From Torpedo marmorata (Eukaryota): 64,000 nucleotides of DNA. The stretch is taken from the NCBI GenBank assembly GCA_977017645.1, contig OZ360222.1:208320001-208384000 (forward strand), read 5' to 3'. Positions 60,422 through 64,000 of this stretch are shown piece by piece. Each line of letters opens with the position of its first letter. Position 1 is the stretch's first letter. Position numbers and translations under genes: made by a program. Under the pieces are notes generated by a model. It did no database searches. It was not told the DNA's origin and saw only the letters and a list, made by a program, of their open reading frames with translations.

Positions 60422-60816
60422 GTTTTTTTTAAAATAATTTTATTTAACTTTTAAAATCACAAAATACATGAATCAAAAATAGTATATCATTCAAAATACA
60501 TGTGATATATTACCTCCCCCCTCCCACCCTTCCCTCCCCAACCCTCCCACACTATTCTAATAAAAAAAAAGGAAAGAGAAAAAAAAAAAAAGAGGTATTA
60601 GTTAAAAAGAAAAAAGAAGAATAGAATTGAATAATAAAGATTTAAGAGTTAGAATGAGGAGAAAACAATTACAAGCTAACTCTACTTATATATTGGAGGT
60701 TACATTTGTCAGCGGTACCAACTTTTAGAGAATTAATTCATACCCATAATTCTCATATATGGGCTCCAAATTTTCAAAAAGAAATGATATTTATCTCGTA
60801 AATTATATGTAATTTT
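60422..60816 (-). mobile_element. L1 3'-end fragment nearly identical to 27028-27414
   Basis: 16-bp TSD TTCCCAAGGATCTTTG (60406-60421, 60817-60832). The 3' UTR and last codons match the 27-kb copy apart from homopolymer lengths and a few substitutions. Confidence 0.93.
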
Positions 60817-62144
60817 TTCCCAAGGATCTTTGTAAAGCCCATTCCCACCACTGTATTCCACTACACCCCTTCCACCAAAAAAACATAAACTGTTGAAGAT
60901 TTAAAAATGCCAAAAACAAAATTTATGTAATACCTTTTTGGTGTGAGCAGCATTTTTTTTTAACTTGAGACAAGAACATCGTGAAATATATTGGTGCTTT
61001 TTCCCATTTTCTATCTGTAGTCAATAGTCTTTCATATGTTAGACGACCTTGTAAAAGCACAATTTATGAAACCTCAAACTATATAAATGTATTATTTTGA
61101 TGTTACTATTTCTCAGCAGGTTTGAGCACATTTTTACTGGTGAGGAAGCCCTCTCACATCCTGAAGAAGATCCGGAAGAGTTTGAGGAGGTGGAAGGCCA
61201 TCCATCTGTAGCGAGCAAATTGGTGCCAGGTTGGTCAAGGTAGAGAGCTCAGTTGGATGATCTCTGGAATGTGTGGGAGACTGGCCTCTCACACTTTGCA
61301 ATAAATGAGAAGGCAGCCTTGGTAAACTGCATAGATTAATGCCTCTGCCTCAATAGGTCATGAAGTATTCAGCTATCTTTGAGTTTGGGACAGGTGAACT
61401 GAGCATCGAACAACAGCATCATCACAAAACTAGCTTTTCATGATCACATTGTAGTCAGTTTGTTCCATACTTCATTTGGAAACCAGGAACTATCCCATAT
61501 GCTGTCTTGGGACGTCACAGGGCAAAATACTGTGATTTTATTTGACATGGGTTAATCAGGTGGAATTAAGGTGACTTTTGATGGCTATGGTGAATGATGG
61601 GCTCCACTGCTCTGAGACGGGTCATATTAAATGCTGACACAATATCCATCATACGCATTGTGCCTTATAAATTAGCTTGTCGGTCAAATAATACAGTTGT
61701 AAAGTTTTGACTTTACACGTTTTATAGAATGAAGCTCATTTTTCCACTTTCATCTGAAGGCATAAAGCATGCAGCCACACCTTTGTGTCTGTTTGCCATT
61801 CCACTGCATCTTGTTAAAAGCAGTCAATTTTCATTTTCCGATTAACATGACTGACTACAGATCACACATTGGAAAGTTCCCTTGTCTTGAAGGACCTACT
61901 GCTGCTCGCCAATGTTACTTGGTACACCACAACTCCTCTGGCTACTGATTTCCCCAGATTAGATGTTTCAGTGCAGCTACATGATGTGAAAGGATAGATA
62001 TAACTGAAATAATTATCAGTGAGAGAAGCTGGAGAATACATTACTTAATTGATTTAATTGTCTAAACTGTTGCTCTAGTTGCCTGTATAATAGCAGTCCC
62101 TACCCTTCATGATAATTAGTTGAAGATACAGTCAAGGTACATCA

Positions 62145-62226
62145 GTCATGGTGTCAGAGTGATTAAGGCTTTGGTCTCAAAATCCAATTGGGAATCCCTG
62201 CACAGGTTCGAATCCTCTTCACAATG
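62145..62226 (+). pseudogene. tRNA-Ser(CGA) pseudogene; anticodon now reads CAA
   Basis: 82 nt, collinear by eye with vertebrate tRNA-Ser-CGA (GTCACGGTGGCCGAGTGGTTAAGGCGTTGGACTCGAAATCCAATGGGG..CCCCGCACAGGTTCGAATCC). Long variable arm and intact B-box, but a broken acceptor stem. TTTT at about 62236-62239. Confidence 0.8.
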
Positions 62227-62239
62227 ATGCATTCTTTTG

Positions 62240-62462
62240 GGCGGCATGGTTAGCGTAGCGGTTAGCGCAACACCATTACAGCACCAGCGACCTGGGTTCG
62301 AATCTGGCACTGTCTGTAAAGAGTTTGTACATTCTGCCCATGTCTGCATTGGTTTCCTCCCACCCTTCAAAACGTATGGGGGTTGTAGGTTAATTGGTGT
62401 ATTTGGAGGATACGGGTTCATGGGTCCTGAAGGCAAAGTTACCGTGCTGTAGGTCTAAAAAA
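62240..62462 (+). mobile_element. tRNA-derived V-domain SINE
   Basis: GGGCGGCATGGTTAGCGTAGCGGTTAGCGCAAC...GGGTTCGAATC, V-domain, A-rich tail. Confidence 0.88.
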
Positions 62463-62809
62463 ACAAAACAACAGCCCAGTGACCAGGTGAGTAGTCTGGT
62501 TAGTTGTGACATTAATAGAGTGGTAAGTTATGAAATTGGATGACTAGTAATCTGTGTGGTACCAGTCAGAGAATTAAACTAGACGCACCTGTTGGGTTGG
62601 GGACTGCTGACCCTGGAATCTGGAGTAAAACACAATCTGCTGGAGGAACTCAGTGGGAGAAAGAGAATGGTCAATGTTTCAGGGTGGCATCCTCATCAAA
62701 TCCTTACTTCCAGTTGGAAGCTGGTGGACTGACAGAAAGGCTTACTGATCACTGACTCGGCTTGTTGACAAAACTGACCCTTTGCTCTGCTGCTGGGAGT
62801 TTGATTTAT

Positions 62810-63335
62810 CAGATGACACCAAAAATGGTGATGTTGTAGGTAGCAAGGAAGATTGCCTTAGGTTGCAGCACGACATTGATCAGCTGGAAATTTGGGTGGA
62901 GCAATGGCAGACAGAATTTAATCCTGACAAATGTGATGTGATGTACTTTGGAAGTTCAGACAAGGGTAGGACTTACACTGTAAATCATAGGGCATAGAGA
63001 TTGTTGATGACCGAGAGACTTTAGTTCCCTGAAAGTGACAGGTCAATAGGGTGGTGAAGAAGGCATAAGGGATATATGGCTTCATCTGCTATCGCATCGA
63101 AAGTAAGAGCAAGACTGTCAATTTAACAAACAACTCCAGCTAAAATGTTGTGTGTAGTTCTGGTCACCACACTAAAGGAAGGATGTAATTCTGCTTAGAA
63201 AGTGCAGAGGAAATTTAGCAGGCAGTTTCTTTGGTTGGAACATTTCAGTTATAGGGAGAGATTAGATTTGTTGGGTTTGTTATCCTTGAAGCATTAGAAG
63301 TTATGAAGATGACAGATAATCTTCCTGTGGTGAAG
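62810..63335 (+). mobile_element. Decayed CR1 RT fragment
   Basis: DDTKNGDVVGSKEDCLRLQHDIDQLEIWVEQWQTEFNPDKCDVMYFG. Confidence 0.85.
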
Positions 63336-63339
63336 ATGT

Positions 63340-64000
63340 CCATATACAAGTTTGCCGATGACACCACAGTTGTCAGCAGAATAACAAACGGCAATGAGGA
63401 AGCGTACAGGAGGGAGATAGATCAGCTCGTTGAATGGTGTAATGGCAACAACCTTGAGCTCAACGTCAGCAAAACCAAGGAGATGATTGTGGACTTCAGG
63501 AGGAAGTCAGGGGAACACGACCCAGTCCTCATCAAAGGCTCAGTCGTGGAGAGGGTCAAGAACTTCAAATTCCTGGGTGTCAACATCTCCGAGGATCTGT
63601 CCTGGAGCATCCACGTAGATGCAATCACAAAGAAGGCTTGTCAGCGGCTATACTTTGTAAGGTGTTTGCGGAGATTCGGTATGTCACCAAAGACTCTCGT
63701 AAACTTCTACAGGTGTACCGTGGAGAGCATTCTGGCTGGTTGCATCACTGCCTAGTATGGAGGCGCCAACTCCCAGGACAAGAGTAAACTCCAGAGGGTT
63801 GTTAACTCGGCCTGTGACATCACAGGCACCAAACTTCACTCCATCGAGGACATCTACATGAGGCGGTGTCTTGAAAAAGCAGCCTCTATCCTCAAGGACC
63901 CCCACCACCCAGGCCATGCCCTCTTCACTCTGCTTCCATCGGGAAAAAGGTACAGGAGCCTAAAGACGAGCACTCAGCGGCACAAGGACAGCTTCTTCCC
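63340..64000 (+). mobile_element. Rex1/Babar LINE, young subfamily copy 3 (runs off the window; TGG>TAG stop at 63753-63755)
   Basis: [26 protein letters not shown]...[13 protein letters not shown]; near-identical to 53420-54080. Confidence 0.92.

Noticed and set aside
56480-61250. AG-preceded open stretches at about 56487, 59253 and 61121 as host exons
   Set aside because: Acceptor-like sites exist, but the peptides are unrecognisable and cannot be chained into a consistent gene model.
62145-62226. Functional tRNA-Leu(CAA) or tRNA-Ser
   Set aside because: Acceptor stem mismatches and a mutated D-loop; the body is Ser(CGA)-derived.

Overview
A 64-kb, repeat-saturated vertebrate intergenic or intronic window. 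The repeat repertoire (CR1, Rex1/Babar, L1/Tx1 LINEs, Penelope-like elements, V-domain tRNA SINEs) suggests a cartilaginous fish (inference). No intact host protein-coding gene can be supported. Nearly all informative ORFs are retroelement fragments. Clear features: CR1, Rex1/Babar and L1 copies, four L1s with 15-16 bp TSDs (one inverted by twin priming); Penelope-like GIY-YIG elements carrying hammerhead-ribozyme-like motifs; hAT and Tc1/pogo non-autonomous elements with TSDs; a 32-bp minisatellite inside a MITE; a tRNA-Ser(CGA) pseudogene; a CpG-rich promoter-like island at about 8.1 kb; and a 225-N assembly gap. The most interesting observations are: (1) about 100-bp TSD-flanked Penelope-derived mini-elements that start in the hammerhead core, plus fold-back versions; (2) a 5S-rRNA-headed SINE sharing a Rex1/Babar-like tail with a non-5S element; (3) a composite twin-hairpin hAT MITE under one TSD; (4) a 137-bp inverted templated insertion; and (5) a duplicated ETS/NF-kB module. 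Family assignments come from motif recognition by eye, not database searches, and boundaries without TSDs are approximate.
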